From NCBI RefSeq assembly GCF_009914755.1, contig NC_060946.1: DNA of 64,000 nucleotides. One strand, written 5' to 3'. This stretch comes from the human T2T-CHM13v2.0 reference genome, Homo sapiens. Under the pieces are notes generated by a model, which was given only the letters and a program-made list of their open reading frames with translations, was not told where the DNA came from and did no database searches. Shown piece after piece: positions 47,378-64,000 of the stretch. A program made the translations under genes and the position numbers. Position 1 is the first letter of the stretch, and every line of letters begins with the position of its first letter.

Positions 47378-48899
47378 GATGATGATTCTCTTAGTGTGAA
47401 GTCTTAGCCCACGCACCTGTCTCCAAGTCGTCTTGCCGTAGGACTTGCAGATGTTTGTGCACTGTTGGGATGGGTGATAGGATGAATATCTGTGGAAATA
47501 GAGGGATCCTTTGGGCAGCTGTTTTGAGTAGGGATCAGGGAATAGCAGCTGTGTCCACTGCCCTTCCCTTGTACAGGGAGTGAGAGGGAGTGTTCACTGA
47601 TCAAGCCAACTTCATTTCCGCAAGAGATATCCCCACTTCCGGGATGCTATTAAGGCACTGGGTGTTACTCCCTTTAAAACATTCAGAGTGAACTCTCACT
47701 AGAGGTATTCACAACTTACCAGATGACTTTAAAAAAATACCTCTGTTATTTAATTGACAAATTATTATATTCAGTTGGTTATAAGTTAAAATGAATTGGG
47801 GCAAAATAATCACAGAAACCATCTGATTGCTCTAGCAAGTAGTCATTTTATATGCATTAGATTTCACAGTAAATATGAAAAGCAGCTCTAACCACAAGCT
47901 GGTCGGGGCGGCATAGCACCAGGCTGCAGGTTTGAAGATCGGTGCACAGTCAGGGCTATCGTCTGCCCCCAGTGGGTTGGCAGTGGCACCCATACCACCT
48001 GGTGTTCCACTGTTATGGGTTTAGTCTTTTGAGTCTTGAAGGCTTTTGATAACATCTTCACATTCTAATAGAAATATTCAGTGGGGCAGAGGTAGGCAGG
48101 CACTATTAGTGTATAGGTGTTGACACCCAAGTACCTATTTTAGGTAAGGTTAGGGACAGGGAAGAGGATGCAAGGGCCATCTGGGGACAGGTGTCATGGC
48201 AGATAAGTGTCATATTGCAGAGTACCTTGGGGAAGGGGAAGGAGGACAGATTCATAATACCTACCTTCAGCCTTGCTCAGGGACTCCCATGTTGGGGAGA
48301 AAGAGTTTCTTCTCTAAAATCCTCAGAACTGGGCTCAAGAGCCGAGTTTTTATTTTTTATGAAACAATTGCCCACTTATACTAAAAACTATTCCCCAGCA
48401 GGCTTTTTGGCATTTGAAGCTTTCAGCAAGCAGAGGATTATATAACTGATAAATATTAAGTATTGGAATTTCTGAGGCTGGATCCCTTAGCCTGGTGGCT
48501 GAAGGCCAACCCTCCCTGAGCCTCCTTGGCGTAATAAAGCATACCTTCCACCTTTTCCCTGTAGGAACTTGCTCTGCCTAAATTGAAGTCACACTCTTTC
48601 CTTATCTCAAGCTAAATTTCCTGCCTTTGAGCACTGATTCATTCTTTCTCCTGACTCTATAGCCCGTTAATCTTTCCAAGTCTAGCTTGCACTTAATGTC
48701 TTCCTGAAACCATCTGTGACTGTACCACAACCATCTGATCTTCCTTTAAGTAAATTTATCCAACGTTCATTGAGCCAATTAAGTACTAGCCATTGTGCTA
48801 GAGATTAGAGAGAAAAATAAACAAAAACAGACCACTTCCCTCTTGTAGCCCACAGCCTAGTCAGGGAGACAAATGAGGAACCAGCTGCTACTTATTGAA

Positions 48900-50230
48900 C
48901 TAGGAAGAGATGTGTCCATCCTTAACATCATGCAGGCTGTCTATTTCAAAGGCCACTGTCATGTTTAAGAGGAGGATGCTAGAGGCATTTCTGTCAACGC
49001 CAGGAATGACAAGGAGCCAGGAACAGACACACAGATCACTCACATGGATCTGACCAAGTACCTGAGAGGTGGACATACAGAGGATTCCTTAAGCAATAGT
49101 ATTGACTTGCAAATCCCAATACAGAAAAGCCCTAGAACCTTCTATGCAAAAGCCCCATCATCCAGGGTAAAACTGGGCAAAGGTCCTATTGAGAGACAGA
49201 CAGGTCATTAAAACGGGGAAACAGATGGAACTTAAACCTAAGAAAAGATTTTCAATGTTATTCAAAAATAAGAGAAACACAAAGGTGCTCTGAAATGTTA
49301 TTTTGTTATCTTTCAAATTGATAAAAAGCCCAAAGTTAAAGAACACACTTTTGGTATGGCAGTGGGTTTCAAAATGGGCACTCCTATCCATTGCTGGTGG
49401 TAGTAAAAATAGATACTACTCCAGCAGAGGCTAGTGTGGCCATGTCTATTGAAATAACAAAGTGTCCATATGACGTTTAACTTACAAGTTTTTCTCTGAG
49501 GAAGGTATCCTGCAAGTGTACTGAATACATGATAAAAAGTGGATGTAGAGGGTTATTTATTGCAGCAGTTTTGTAAAAGCAAAATATTTGGCACAACCCA
49601 AATATTCATTGGAGAGCAAGTTATGTAAATTATGAGATGGAATGCCATGCGGTTATAAAAGAGAATCAAGTAGCTCCTCCTGACTGGTATAGGAAGATCT
49701 CCAAGGCATAGTGTTTTGGAAAAAAGGCTGATGTTGACAGTGTGTATAGAGTACAGTGGAAAATTAGAGTTCATGTTTGCACTTGCTTTTATATTGTATT
49801 CGAAGGTAATACAAACACTTGTAACAAGGAAACCCCAGAATGTCAGGGACTGTACACAGGGAATGTTCTTTCTCATTTGGTAACAGTGCTTGTCACAGGT
49901 TGTCACAAGCCTGTAACATTTGTAACAGGTTGTTACAGATCAGCATGAGGCTTTTCTCCATGCACTTCCATCTTGTGGCACTGGTGTCCCTTAGGACTTG
50001 GGAGTCCCTTGCAGAGAGCTGTCACATCGATTTCTTAACAGCCGTGGCCCAGAGGTGACATACCCCACTTCCCTGAAAAGATGGAAGAAACTAATAACAG
50101 CAGGTGCCTTGGGGGTGGTGATGGTGGTACGTGACTGGGCAGGAAGATGAAGGGCAGGAAAGAGGGGAAAACTTTTAAAATATATTTTAGCAATTTTGAA
50201 CTATATTATTCATTTATAAAATAAAAACAA
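48900..50230 (+). mobile_element. Old L1ME-like fragments with a probable MLT1 piece (~49830-50075)
   Basis: CATTGCTGGTGGTAGTAAAAA and ACAACCCAAATATTCATT L1 motifs. TTCCATCTTGTGGC MLT1-like motif. Confidence 0.55.
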
Positions 50231-52729
50231 ATCATTGTAATAAAGCCAGATCATGCTCTGAAAATGGTAAGAACCCAGTGCTGTGGGGGCATAGAAGGGG
50301 CAGCTCTGCCTTGCCTCGGGGAGCGGACTTCCAAGTGTGCTGCTTTCTGTGGTGCTCGCTTGAAGCCCTAAAGGTGTAGCAGGTGTTAACCAGGTCAAGC
50401 CTGCAGGAAAAGAGGTTTGTGAGAAAGGGGCTAGACAAGTGGATGGCAGAGAATTGCCAGGGGATTGGTGAAGAGAGGGTGGCTGCCGAGATGGAAGGAG
50501 TCCATGTGCAGATACAGAGGCAGGATTTACGGTAAATAGGTTAATACAGCATATGGAGCTGTGGGTGCTGGAACCTGCTGGAACCACCATCACCCCAAAG
50601 GCAACTACGGTTACTAGTTTCTCCCATCTTTTCAGAAAAGTGGGGTGTGTCCCCTCTGGGCCAAGGCCATTAAGAAATCACTGTGATGACTTCGATGTCT
50701 TTTCTCCCAACTCTATGCAAGGGACTGTAAGTCGTAAGGGACACCTGGCTGGTGGGTGGGCAGGTCAGGTCTGGGCAGGTCAGGTCTATGCCAGTGCATT
50801 TGCATGGTAGAGGTACAGGACAGAGCGTGGTGTGTGTTGCAGTAACATGAATGTCTTATCCAACATCCTCTGCAACACCCATGGAAAGTTTCAAAGCAAG
50901 GAAGTGTCATGATCAGCTCCAGATCTGATGTGAGTAGCATGAAGGATGAGTTGGAAAGGAGGATGACAGGTGGCTGGGAGCTTAGTGAGGGTGCTGTTGC
51001 TGTCATCTAAGGAAGGAACACTGACGTTTTAGCATTTCTCCTCTACCAAGTGAATTTGGCACTTAATACAAGACAAGTAAGTGTTATCATTTTGTGTGTA
51101 GCTATCAGGATCTCCAATTAGAGTACAATTGCATTGAAGACCCCTTCATTTTACATTCTAGTATCATGCCATAAATACTTCCTGGCTGATTCTCTTATTT
51201 TCAATAAACTTTTATTGATTTAATAAAACATACATATAGAAAAGTACTGAAATCATGAGTTCATAGCCACATGAATTATCACAAAGCAAACTCATGTGTA
51301 TCGATTGGTTGGCTCTTATTCTGTTTCTTCCTTGTTAAAATTATGGTTAGACTCAGCATGCTTACAACCTCCCCACCCCCACTTTGTCCGGAGAGGTGGA
51401 TAGATGATTTGTGTTGTACACTCAGACCCTGATTTCCATAATGCCAGCTTTAATATTTGTTCTTAGAGAAGTCTCTGGGAAATGTAAGTCGTATGGCTTA
51501 TTTGAATAATATTTCTATTTTATCTTAAATTATTTTAAATCTCTCTTATTTTAACTGTCAGTTTGTTTACTGTCTGATGTGCAGAGAACTGTGATAAATG
51601 AAAAAATTGAGTGCAATCTGGAGAGGAGTATTAGCATGGTGGCATAGTCAGAAATTTTTACTTTTCTGTCATTATATAATGGTTTTAAAAGGCTGAAAGC
51701 AATCCAGCCATTGGAAGGGTTTGATAGAATTTTCTCGCCCCTACATTCTTACATTTCCCTCCCAGTCCCAGTTCGCGTTGTTCCTTTTTGAGTCAAGAGC
51801 CAATTGCTTGGAACATTCCATGAATTTTTCTTTGGCCACATTCATTTCCATTTGTGCTTTTGTCTGTTGGACTCTTAATATTCATGGCTCAAAATCTCTC
51901 CGTTATCTAAATGAATGATCCCATTAATTAATCTAGGAATATTTTATTGATATGCTGGAAGAATACGTATGTGTTGAATTTAAATTGTGGGCAGGATGGA
52001 GAACTTGGGTTTTAGAAGAAGATCCAACTGTTTACAATATTCCCAAATTATATTTCATTTATAATTTTCTCCTCCTGTAAAGTTTTAAGTCAAGAAGTAA
52101 AAGTTCCAGTTTGAAATGTAGAGTTAAATAAAAATAAGCGTATTTAAGGCTTATATGAAATAGATGATTATAGTTAACTGAATACTCACTTTGATTTATG
52201 TTTATTTGCTCCTATTGGAACTTGGAAGAAAAAAAGCAGAGAATTGTTAATTGGGAATGTAGGTTAGTAATCCCTAGCCAGTAGGGACATGACATCTTAT
52301 GGGAGTTTTCAGGTTTTATAGCTATATGCTTTTTTCTTTATTTATGAATTTGCTTTTTTATTTGTCATCTACACTTTCCCTTATTTTCATTTGTGAAGAA
52401 TGTTGTGTATCCTGGACGTGTCAGAGTACTTGTTTATGACCTCTGTATTACCAAGAACCTTTCTAATGACTTATTTTAGTCCACACTTATGTGTGTGAAT
52501 AATTTTATCCTCCATACAAACTTGTGTTTATGAAAACATCCTGTAGACATTGAGAACTATGCAAGTGATCAGGCTGGCTTCTAGAAATTTTAGATTCCAA
52601 TTTGTGGCCTATTTACAGCCACTGTGAGGGAACATCTCTGAGCTTTATTCCTGGCTCAACTGTATGTGTCCAATTTTATTTTTCTTTCTTCTTTCATGGT
52701 GCTATTTTTATTTAGGTGGAGGGTGGAGG

Positions 52730-54780
<2,051 letters not shown>

Positions 54781-56079
54781 ATATGGAATGTGTACCATAT
54801 ATATGAATACATCTATTTAATTAATTTAGTTCTCAAGCAAATTATAATATAGGGCACTTTTGATTCCATTATCTCTTGGCAAAATGGTTGATTGTGTATT
54901 TCATGATAATATTTTAAATAGTTTGTTTTTCATGTTTTATTTTAATGCTTTGGTTGGTCAAACTTTTGAAACTTTATAAGAAAATGCATTAAAATAATTT
55001 GATAATTTGATTATTAGGGCTTTTTATTATTCCATACAACATAGTTATGGTGAGTGTTCACTATCTGCTCTTTGGATAATTTAATTTTTATTTCTAGACC
55101 TTCATGTTACTGTCTAGGTGTTTGTCCCTAGCTTTTAAGGTCTTTCAATAACCAGCTTGCTTTTGTCCATTTCATTTTCTTCTTCTCTTTGATTTCATGA
55201 TTATTAGTTATGTTTGTATTTTTCACCATTCAATTCATGACTTTCTAATTTGATTTATTTTATTTAGAGATATAGAATCTTAGAGTTGAAAAAATTCTGG
55301 AGATTAATCCAAGGGGTTTTTCTTTTAAACTTGAAAAAATGTACTAATATTAGGGAAACCTAACACCTGTTTTGTTAATTTGTTCACATGGAAAAGTTAA
55401 GATGCAAGGTCTAACATGTAATGCTGGTTTAGAGATCCTGGTTTAGAGACAATTCTAGTATGGTCAGTGGGGCTGTCTCATGATATGTGTTGTGATGCTG
55501 GATGATAAGATGTAAGGTAGTTGTTTCGTGGTGCTTGCAGGGGTTGGAGGGAATTTCCAATTATATGGGAGCTAGTGTGCTTGCTTAGGGTGTTTTACTC
55601 AAAAGGCTATAGAGAAATATAATATGTGAAAATGATAATCTTCAAATTGTTATGATAAAATATTTTAGAAAACTCTTGGAACATGTAACTGATTTGCTGC
55701 ATTAAAGCACCTTTATGTTTCCTCCCAGAATTATGTTTAATTATAAGGGAGCTTATTAACATTGTTCTAGTTAAATTATATTAGCATTTCTATTATATTG
55801 TGTTTGTTCAAGGATTTAAAGTGCTGTAAGTTTTCTTCTAGTGCAAATGTCTATATATAGTTTTTAAATGGGTTGGAAATTACTAATTATAAAAGGAATA
55901 AATATTTGAAAAGCTAATTTGACAGCAACCATTTCTATTATTAGTCACATAAAATTTCTAATAGTTAAAAGCCAAATTTCAGTTATTTTTCTCTAGCCTT
56001 TTTGCCAATAATTATATATAATCTTAGTCATAAATGAGTTTTGTGATTTTGCCGCTTTTCTTATAACTTTGTATTTTGA

Positions 56080-57720
56080 TATGCATTTTAAAATTATATT
56101 TTGAAATAACTTCAAACTCAGAAAAGTCGTAAGAATGGTATGAGGAATTTTGTATACCCTTTAAACCAAGCTTGTCCAACTTGCGGCCCGCGGGCTGCAT
56201 GCAGACCACGATGGCTTTGAATGTGGCCCCACATAAATTCATAAACTTCCTTAAAACATTGAGATGTATTTGTGATTTGTTTTTTGTTAACGTGTGGCCC
56301 AAGACAATTCTTCTTCCAATGTGTCTTAGAGAAGCTGAAAGACTAGACACCCCTGCTTTAAACAGTTTCATTGTTTGCATACATTTTGCCTCATTTGTTT
56401 CATTATTCATTCTTTTTATGATTTTTGGGGGGTGTAATTTAGAGACATCACTCCTCTTGACCATTATATGTTTCAGCCCCTATTTCTTAAGAACAAGGTT
56501 ATTCTTTTAGAGAACCACAGTACAATGTTCAAAATCAGGACATTGAACACAGATATAATACTATAATACTACTGTCTAATCCAAAGTCCATATTCATATT
56601 TCAACAATTGTTCCCCAAAATGTTCTTTTTTGCTATAATTTTTCCTGGTTCAGGATTGAGTGTGGGATCATGCCTGCATTTCCTTCTCATACCTTTAGTC
56701 TCCTTTAATCTGGACTATCCCTCAGCTTTCTTTTACTTTCTTGACCTTAACATTTGTAAAGACACTTTTGTCAGGAGACCATAGGTCAGATGTCGTGTTG
56801 TTCTCAAGGCATCATAATGTTACGTTGTCCCAAGTCTGATGATTGTTAATTTTGACCATTTGCTTAAAGTGGGTGTTTGCTAGCATCCTCCACTGTTAGT
56901 TATGAGTTTTCCCTTTGTAAGTAAGTAACTCGTGGAAGTTACTTTTGCACTACGTAAATATTCTGCTCCTACTCAAACTTATCCACTAGTTTTGGCACCC
57001 ATCAGTTTTCTGACTCCATCATTCATTCCATAGTTTTTGACTGGCATTTGACTATTAAGAAAGCGCTTTTCCTTCTCCCTATTTATTTGCTATTTATATC
57101 AGTATGCACTCATAGATCCTTAATTTATCTAATGGGTTATGATCTATGACTCTTCTTATTTATTTTGATGTTCAAATTTTCCCAGTTTTGGCTACTAGGA
57201 GTGCTTTCAAGCTGGTTCCTGTTCATATAGCTCCATCATCCTACAAGTGCTTGCTTACTTTCTAGCAGATGTTTAAAGCTCATGTTGTTATTTATTCACT
57301 GTCCTTGCCCTAGAATCAATCAGCCTTTTCTCTAAGGAGCTCTAGTTGCTTTTAATGGAGAATAGTGTTTAGCAGCCTAAATTTGGACACTAGAAGTGCT
57401 CATTGCTGCCGGTGTGTCATTGCTTCTAGACCTTTATAAACAGAGCAAGGAAATGTTTGTGTGTATGTGTACGTGTTCACATATCTACCTACCAGAAACA
57501 ATGAATTCAAATAGATACTCCCATTCCAATTCAGTGCTACAATGTACATTCTGTTCTCTTTCCATATTTTAACTCTCTTATCCAAAAAGCCTCTTATTAT
57601 CCTCAATATATTTACTCATTTGTGTAAGCCTAGAGTACACTGTAAATAGTTTCCGAACTGCTAACTCATACTGCTGTGAAAGCAAACCTACTAGCTAGAG
57701 TTAATATTTGTTTCCAGTTC
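56080..57720 (-). mobile_element. L1MC/MD-like 3' region
   Basis: TATTTTGAAATAACTTCAAACTCAGAAAAGT 3' end. Confidence 0.72.
56167..56355 (-). mobile_element. MER30 (hAT-Charlie)
   Basis: CAAGCTTGTCCAAC...GACACCCCTG with perfect 8-bp TSD CTTTAAAC (56159-56166, 56356-56363). Confidence 0.9.
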
Positions 57721-58014
57721 TTTTTTAAGGTAAATTTACTTACAGTACTGTACACAATTTAATTCTGATAAATGTATTGACCCACATAACCCCTACCTCT
57801 ATCAAAAGACAGAATATTTCCATTCTTAGAAAGTTCCTTCATGCCTCTTCCCAGTCAATTTCATGTTCATAGACGCAAGCATTTTTCTGATTTTTTTTTT
57901 AAAAACCATAGATCAGTTTTGCCTGTTCTAGAATGTATATATATAGAATTACGCAGCATATACTTCTTTGTATCTGGCAACTTTTGACCAACGTAATGTC
58001 TGACATTTACTGAT

Positions 58015-58551
58015 GGTGATGGTAAAGTTTCGTAGTCAACCTGGCTACGTTAAATGTGATACCCAGATAGCTGGTAAAACATTATTGCTGGGTGTGTCTG
58101 TGAGGATGTTTCTGGAAGAGACTAGCATTTGAATCAGTGTAAAAAGATCCACCATCAGGGATATGGGTGGCTATTGCCCAATCCATTGAGGGCCTGCAGG
58201 AATAGAACAAAAAGGTGGAGAAAGAGCTCATCCTTTCTCTCTTTTTGAGCTTGGGCATCTATCTTCTCCTGCCCTTGGACATTGGAGCTCCAGTTTCTCA
58301 GGCCTTGAGACTCCAGGATTGATACTAGCGCCTTTTCCTGGTTCTCAGACCTTTGGCCTTGGCTTGGGAGTTACACCATTGGTTCTCCTGGTTGTCAGGT
58401 CTTTAAGCTTGTACTGAGTTACACCATCTGTTTCTCCAGCTTGCAGACAGCATAGCATGGGACTTCTCGGCCTCCATAATCATGTGAGCCAATTCCTGTA
58501 AGTCTCCTCTTACTTGCTTATATGTTTCTCTGGAGAACCCTGACTAATACA
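58015..58551 (+). mobile_element. MLT2B-like ERVL solo LTR
   Basis: CCCAGATAGCTGGTAAAACATTATT...GGAGAACCCTGACTAATACA. Confidence 0.85.
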
Positions 58552-58849
58552 GGTACAATGCTGGATGTATCAGTAGTTTGTTTTGTTTTATTGCTGAATA
58601 GTATTCCACTGTGTGAAAATATCACAATCTACTTATCTTCCTGTTGATAGTCTTTGAATCATTTCAGATAAGTTATGAATAAAGCTGCCATGAAGATTCC
58701 CTATACAAGTCTTTTTGGAGATATAAGTTTTCATTGGATAAGTATCTAATAGAGGAATCACTGCATTGTGTAAGTGTGGGTGTAACTTTATAAAAACTTT
58801 CAAGCTATTTTCCTAAGGGACTGTATATTCTTTACCATGCTCCAAATCT

Positions 58850-59920
58850 ATATAATGCAGCATTCTCCAGTGATAGAAAAGTAATAGGATATGTGTATAT
58901 AGACAGAAAGAGACTTATTGTAAGGAACTGGCTTATGTGATTATGGAGACGGGCAAGTCCAAATCTGCAGTGTGAGCTGGCAGGCTCGAGATCCAGGATA
59001 GCTGATGGTGCAGATGAAGTCTGGAGGCAGTCTGCTGGGAAATTCTCCCTTCCCTGGGGCATCTGATCTTTTTGTTCTGTTCAGGCTTTCAGCTGATTGG
59101 ATGCAGCCCACCTACGTTATGGGGAGCAATCTGCTTACTCGCAGTTTACTGATCTAAATTTTAATCTCATTCCAGGACACTCTCCAAGATGAAATTAACC
59201 ATCACACATCCACCCCTTGTCATCCTGGTGCTCATACACATCTCCTTACACCACGATTAATCTCCACTAAAGGCGATAACAAGGTCATACTTCCACCTAA
59301 CATGATACAACTAGTCTGCGTACAATGGAAGATGCATTGACTCTTTTCCCAGAAAAGGATGCAAAGTCCTTGGATGATGTTTGCTCTTTTCTTCGATGTC
59401 TTGCAACTTAAATACCATCATGTAAAGTTAACAATATTTAAATGCTACACTAGGAAGTCAGTATGTCTTCTGTTACATGATAAAGGGACAAGAAGTGGAG
59501 AAGAAAGCAAAGATATTTGCTTAACATACACACACACAATAAGGGGGAAACACTCATGACAGTTGCAGTCCTCATTCCTGTAACTGGTCACATGGTTGTA
59601 GCTGGTATTCCTTACTCCCATGGATTACGTGTTCCCTTTACCATCAGCAAGCACCTCAGTCGGTCATAGTTCTGTACCTGGTGGGATGACTTGAATCATT
59701 ACTCCTAAAAGGTCTGGGCCATTCATAGCCCTGCCTGAATTGGGTTATAGTTTTCCCTTGACTTTAATCACAGGCCATAGTAATAGTGGGGGGATACCCT
59801 AGGAAATCTCCTGTATTCCAGACATGCTTTTCCTTATCTCTCTAGTGTGGATCCCCTTGGCAGTCAGGATCAGTTACTCCAGTCAACACAAGATCTCCCT
59901 TCTCTGCCTGCTGATTCAGA
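58850..59920 (-). mobile_element. MLT2 3' LTR (58850-59206) plus ERVL internal fragment
   Basis: AAATTAACCATCACA LTR end next to PPT TCCACCCCTT and HERVL-like internal sequence. Confidence 0.8.
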
Positions 59921-62439
59921 GGCATGGGGGACCCAAGGTATTGTCCGTCCTCCTCAGCAACTCATTGGAGTTCTGGCTGCCTTGTATCCCTGCTGGCAGT
60001 TGGGGTTGTCAATATTTAACTTAGCCATTCTAGTAGTTGAGAAGGGATATCTTAGAGTGGCTTAATTTACATTTACATGATGACCAATGATGCTGAGTCC
60101 CTTTCATGGGCTTACTGGCTGTTTCTATCCCTTTCTTGTGAGGTGTTCCTGTGTTGTGATGTGTTCAAATCTTCCTTGAGTTCTTTTATTGAGTTGTTCT
60201 TCTTTTAACATGGATTTGTAAGAATTGTCTTTGTTTGTTTCTTTGAATCCAAATTTACAAGGCATTTTTTCTAACTTAGGTTTTATAATATTTTACCCCA
60301 GTCCATGGCTGGTCTATTTTTTAACACTGTCTTTTGAAGAACAGAAGTTCTACATTTTGATAAAGTATAATTTATCATTTCTTTCTTTACCCTGCCTAAG
60401 AAATCTTTTGCATAAAGATTTTCTGTGAAGATATTCTATATATATTCTAGAAGCATTATAATTTTAGCCTTCACATTTAGTTCTATGATAATCCTTAATT
60501 TAATTCTTTATAAGGTGTGAGGTAACAATTCCTTTCATCTTTTTCCCCATATGGATATCAGCTTTCCCAGCATCATTTGTTGAAAAGACTTAAATTGACT
60601 ATATAAATGTGGGCATATTCTGGGACCTTATATTTCTGTTCCAGTGATTTAATCTAATGCCACTACATTATATAGCCATATTAATCAATCTAATGTATTG
60701 ATTAAGATTAGTATGGCTATGTAATGAGTCTTGAAATTGGATAGCGTTAAGGCTTTGAACTTTGTTCTTCTTTCTTAAGATGTTTTGGGTATTCTAGGTT
60801 TTTTGCATTTCCATATATATTTTCGAATCAGCTTGTCAGTTTCTTTAAAAAGGCCTGTTGGAGTTATGATTGTAATTGCACTGAATCTACAAATTATTCT
60901 GGGAAGAATTAACATCTAAGCAATACTAAATCTTCCAGTCCATGAACTGAGTATGTATTTCCATTTATTTAGATCTTCTTTAATTTCTCTCAGTAACATT
61001 TTATAGTTTTTAGCATACTGTTCTTGTATGTCATTTATTTGTTTATTCCTATGTATTGATAGTTCTTTGTTATTACAAATTGACTTGTTTTTAAAATTCC
61101 ATTTTAAAATTGTGTGCTATGAGTTTATAGAAATTTCATTGGTTTTTATCTAATGACCTTATGTCCTGTGGCCTTGCTAAATTTACTTACATATTCTAGT
61201 AGTTACTTATAGATAGGATTTGCCAGGTAGGTAACCAGATTGAATAGAATCAGTTTTAGTTCTTCCTTTTCAATTTGAATAACTGTTATTTCATTTTCTT
61301 ACTTTATTGCATTGGCTAGGACCTCCAATACAATGTTGAAGAGGAGTGAGATTACATATTGCAGCATTTTCTTATCTGACATGCATTGTATTTTGTTTGT
61401 CTCACAGCTCAGAAAGGCCTTACTGACCATTCTGTCTGAAATACATCTTCCTCTTTTTATCATTATCTCAGCATCATACTTAATTACTTTATATTCCTTG
61501 TCATAAATTATATGTATTTCTTTGTTGTCTGTCTCTTACACTAATCCGTAAGCGCTTTATTGGAAAAACACTGTTTTCACAATCACATCCTCAGTGAATA
61601 ACACAGTGGCTCTTAGTAGATACTCAGTAAATGTTTTGTAGAATTAGTCAATATTGGGAGGAAGTTTTAGCAGTTATGCAGTCTATTCTCCTTACTGTCT
61701 TAATCTCCTTGGCAAAACTGAGGACAAGTATTTTTTCTTGCAAGAAAATTTTCATATTTCTCTTTTCACCTTTCTAATTTTTAGGAGATTTAATTTCAAA
61801 TTTTCTCATAGAAACCACTTATATTTAATACTTTCAAAAGTTCTTAACTTACATTTTATAAAAAGCAATACAATTCTTTCTACTAATTTTTGAAAAATTA
61901 TCGTGATGGCGGGTGTTACATACACTAAAAAGTTAATCAATATTCAGCATTTTGCAGTGGTTCAAATATAGCAACAAAGTAAACACATTTCACAAATATC
62001 TACTAAGCAGGTGTTAGGTCACCATTTTTTACTCTTTAAGATCTGGAGAAATTGCAGCGATGAAGTGAACTTGTTAGGCAAAATATTTCCTTATTTTTGC
62101 CTCTCATATTTTGCCCTAATCTAGGCCATGCTTCATTTGCTTTTTATATAATTTAAGGCTGATGAAGGTAAGTTGCGTTCAGCCTAGGACACAGTGATCT
62201 AGGATTTAGCCAAAAGGCAAATATCTTTCTTCCTGCTGCTCAATTTTAGCAGCTCCATTTAAACAGCTGGTAGAAAGTAAAGCTTCAGTTTATGTGCACA
62301 TAGGAGGAAAATAATATTTTGTGTTTTCTATTGTGTGTTGAACTAAGTCCTTGGCTTATTCTACTGACCGACAATGGAGATTTCCTTAAATAAATAGGTA
62401 AACACATTCTAAGTTGGGTGTTCATTCATTCAACTCCCT

Positions 62440-62555
62440 CTTTCCCTCATCCCTCCTCTTTCTGTCCTCTTCCTTCCTCCTTTCCCCCGACTTCCCTCCC
62501 TCTCCTTGTACCTTTGCTCTTTCTTCTACCTTTCTTCCTTTGTTCTCTCTCCTGA
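62440..62555. repeat. CT-rich low-complexity tract
   Basis: Almost pure polypyrimidine. Confidence 0.8.
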
Positions 62556-63151
62556 GCTCTGTCTTTGTTACAGTCAATGCTCTTGTGCAAATGTAGTAGA
62601 GAATAAAACACCTGTACCCTATGCATTGCAGCTTACATTGTAGTGGGAGAGGTAGACAGTAAAGAAGCAAATATAAACATGCGACAATTTTTGCTCATCG
62701 TAAGTGCTACAAAGTGTTTTGTGGTGTGTGTGTGTGAATGGATGCGAGATAGAGACAGCAGGACAGTGAGAATGAATGAGAATCATGAAAGGCCTCCTCA
62801 AGGAAAGGGATATGTGAAGTGAGCTAGTGAGCTGTTCATTTAGAAGATCCAGGAAAAGTGTGTGAGGCAGTGGGAATAGCCGGTAAGAAACCCTGAGAAG
62901 GGAATGAGCTTGGTGTCAGAGAAACTACAGTACAGAAGCTTGGCCTAAGTGAAGTGAGCTTGGGGGGAGCACTGTGAGATGAGGCCAGAGAAGGAAATGG
63001 TGACTCCAGAGGACGTGGGTAGGCTATGGTGAAGAGTTTCAGTTTGATTCCAAGTGTAGTCAAAAGACAGTGGTCCATGTGTGGTATTATTTCATTTTGT
63101 CATTTAGACATTTTGAAAACATCTCTAATTTGATCAAAATACTTAAGTTCA

Positions 63152-63931
<780 letters not shown>

Positions 63932-64000
63932 CAGAGGACCATCTTGAAGAACTCTATCAAGCCCACTTGGTTTAATTGCCTTTGTATTCTTTTAAATGAA

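Larger units (their letters stand above)
57725..61350 (-). mobile_element. L1MB-like element interrupted by two MLT2/ERVL insertions
   Basis: Colinear antisense L1 pieces at 57725-58010, 58552-58850 and 59980-61350. Confidence 0.75.

Noticed and set aside
49879-49937. CRISPR-like or other prokaryotic-type repeat array
   Set aside because: Units are 7 bp with 2-4 bp gaps, there are no unique spacers or cas genes, and the context is a primate intron.
58015-59920. Two MLT2 LTRs as one provirus
   Set aside because: Opposite orientations with host L1 sequence between them.

Overview
Primate (most likely human) genomic DNA from inside the GRK3/ADRBK2 (beta-adrenergic receptor kinase 2) gene on the + strand. 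The only coding sequence is the 77-nt exon 2 (25528-25604, [27 protein letters not shown]). The rest is intron 1 and intron 2, packed with transposon remnants: 29 Alus, many old L1 and L2 fragments, MaLR/ERV LTRs (THE1, MST, MLT1, MLT2, MER21, MER61, LTR13) and DNA transposons (MER44, MER2, MER5, MER30). Almost all ORFs in the supplied track are repeat-derived noise. I found no proven new system. The best leads are three. (1) A sense THE1C LTR in intron 1 has an intact DUX4-type motif, a strong Kozak ATG and a splice donor in frame with exon 2, so it could give an LTR-initiated GRK3 with a different N-terminus. (2) A MER61-type ERV fragment looks like an L1-retrotransposed ERV mRNA (no U5, tail, long TSD). 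(3) A twin-primed inverted L1 carries templated-insertion scars. Repeat subfamily names come from recalled consensus sequences, and boundaries without a stated TSD are approximate.
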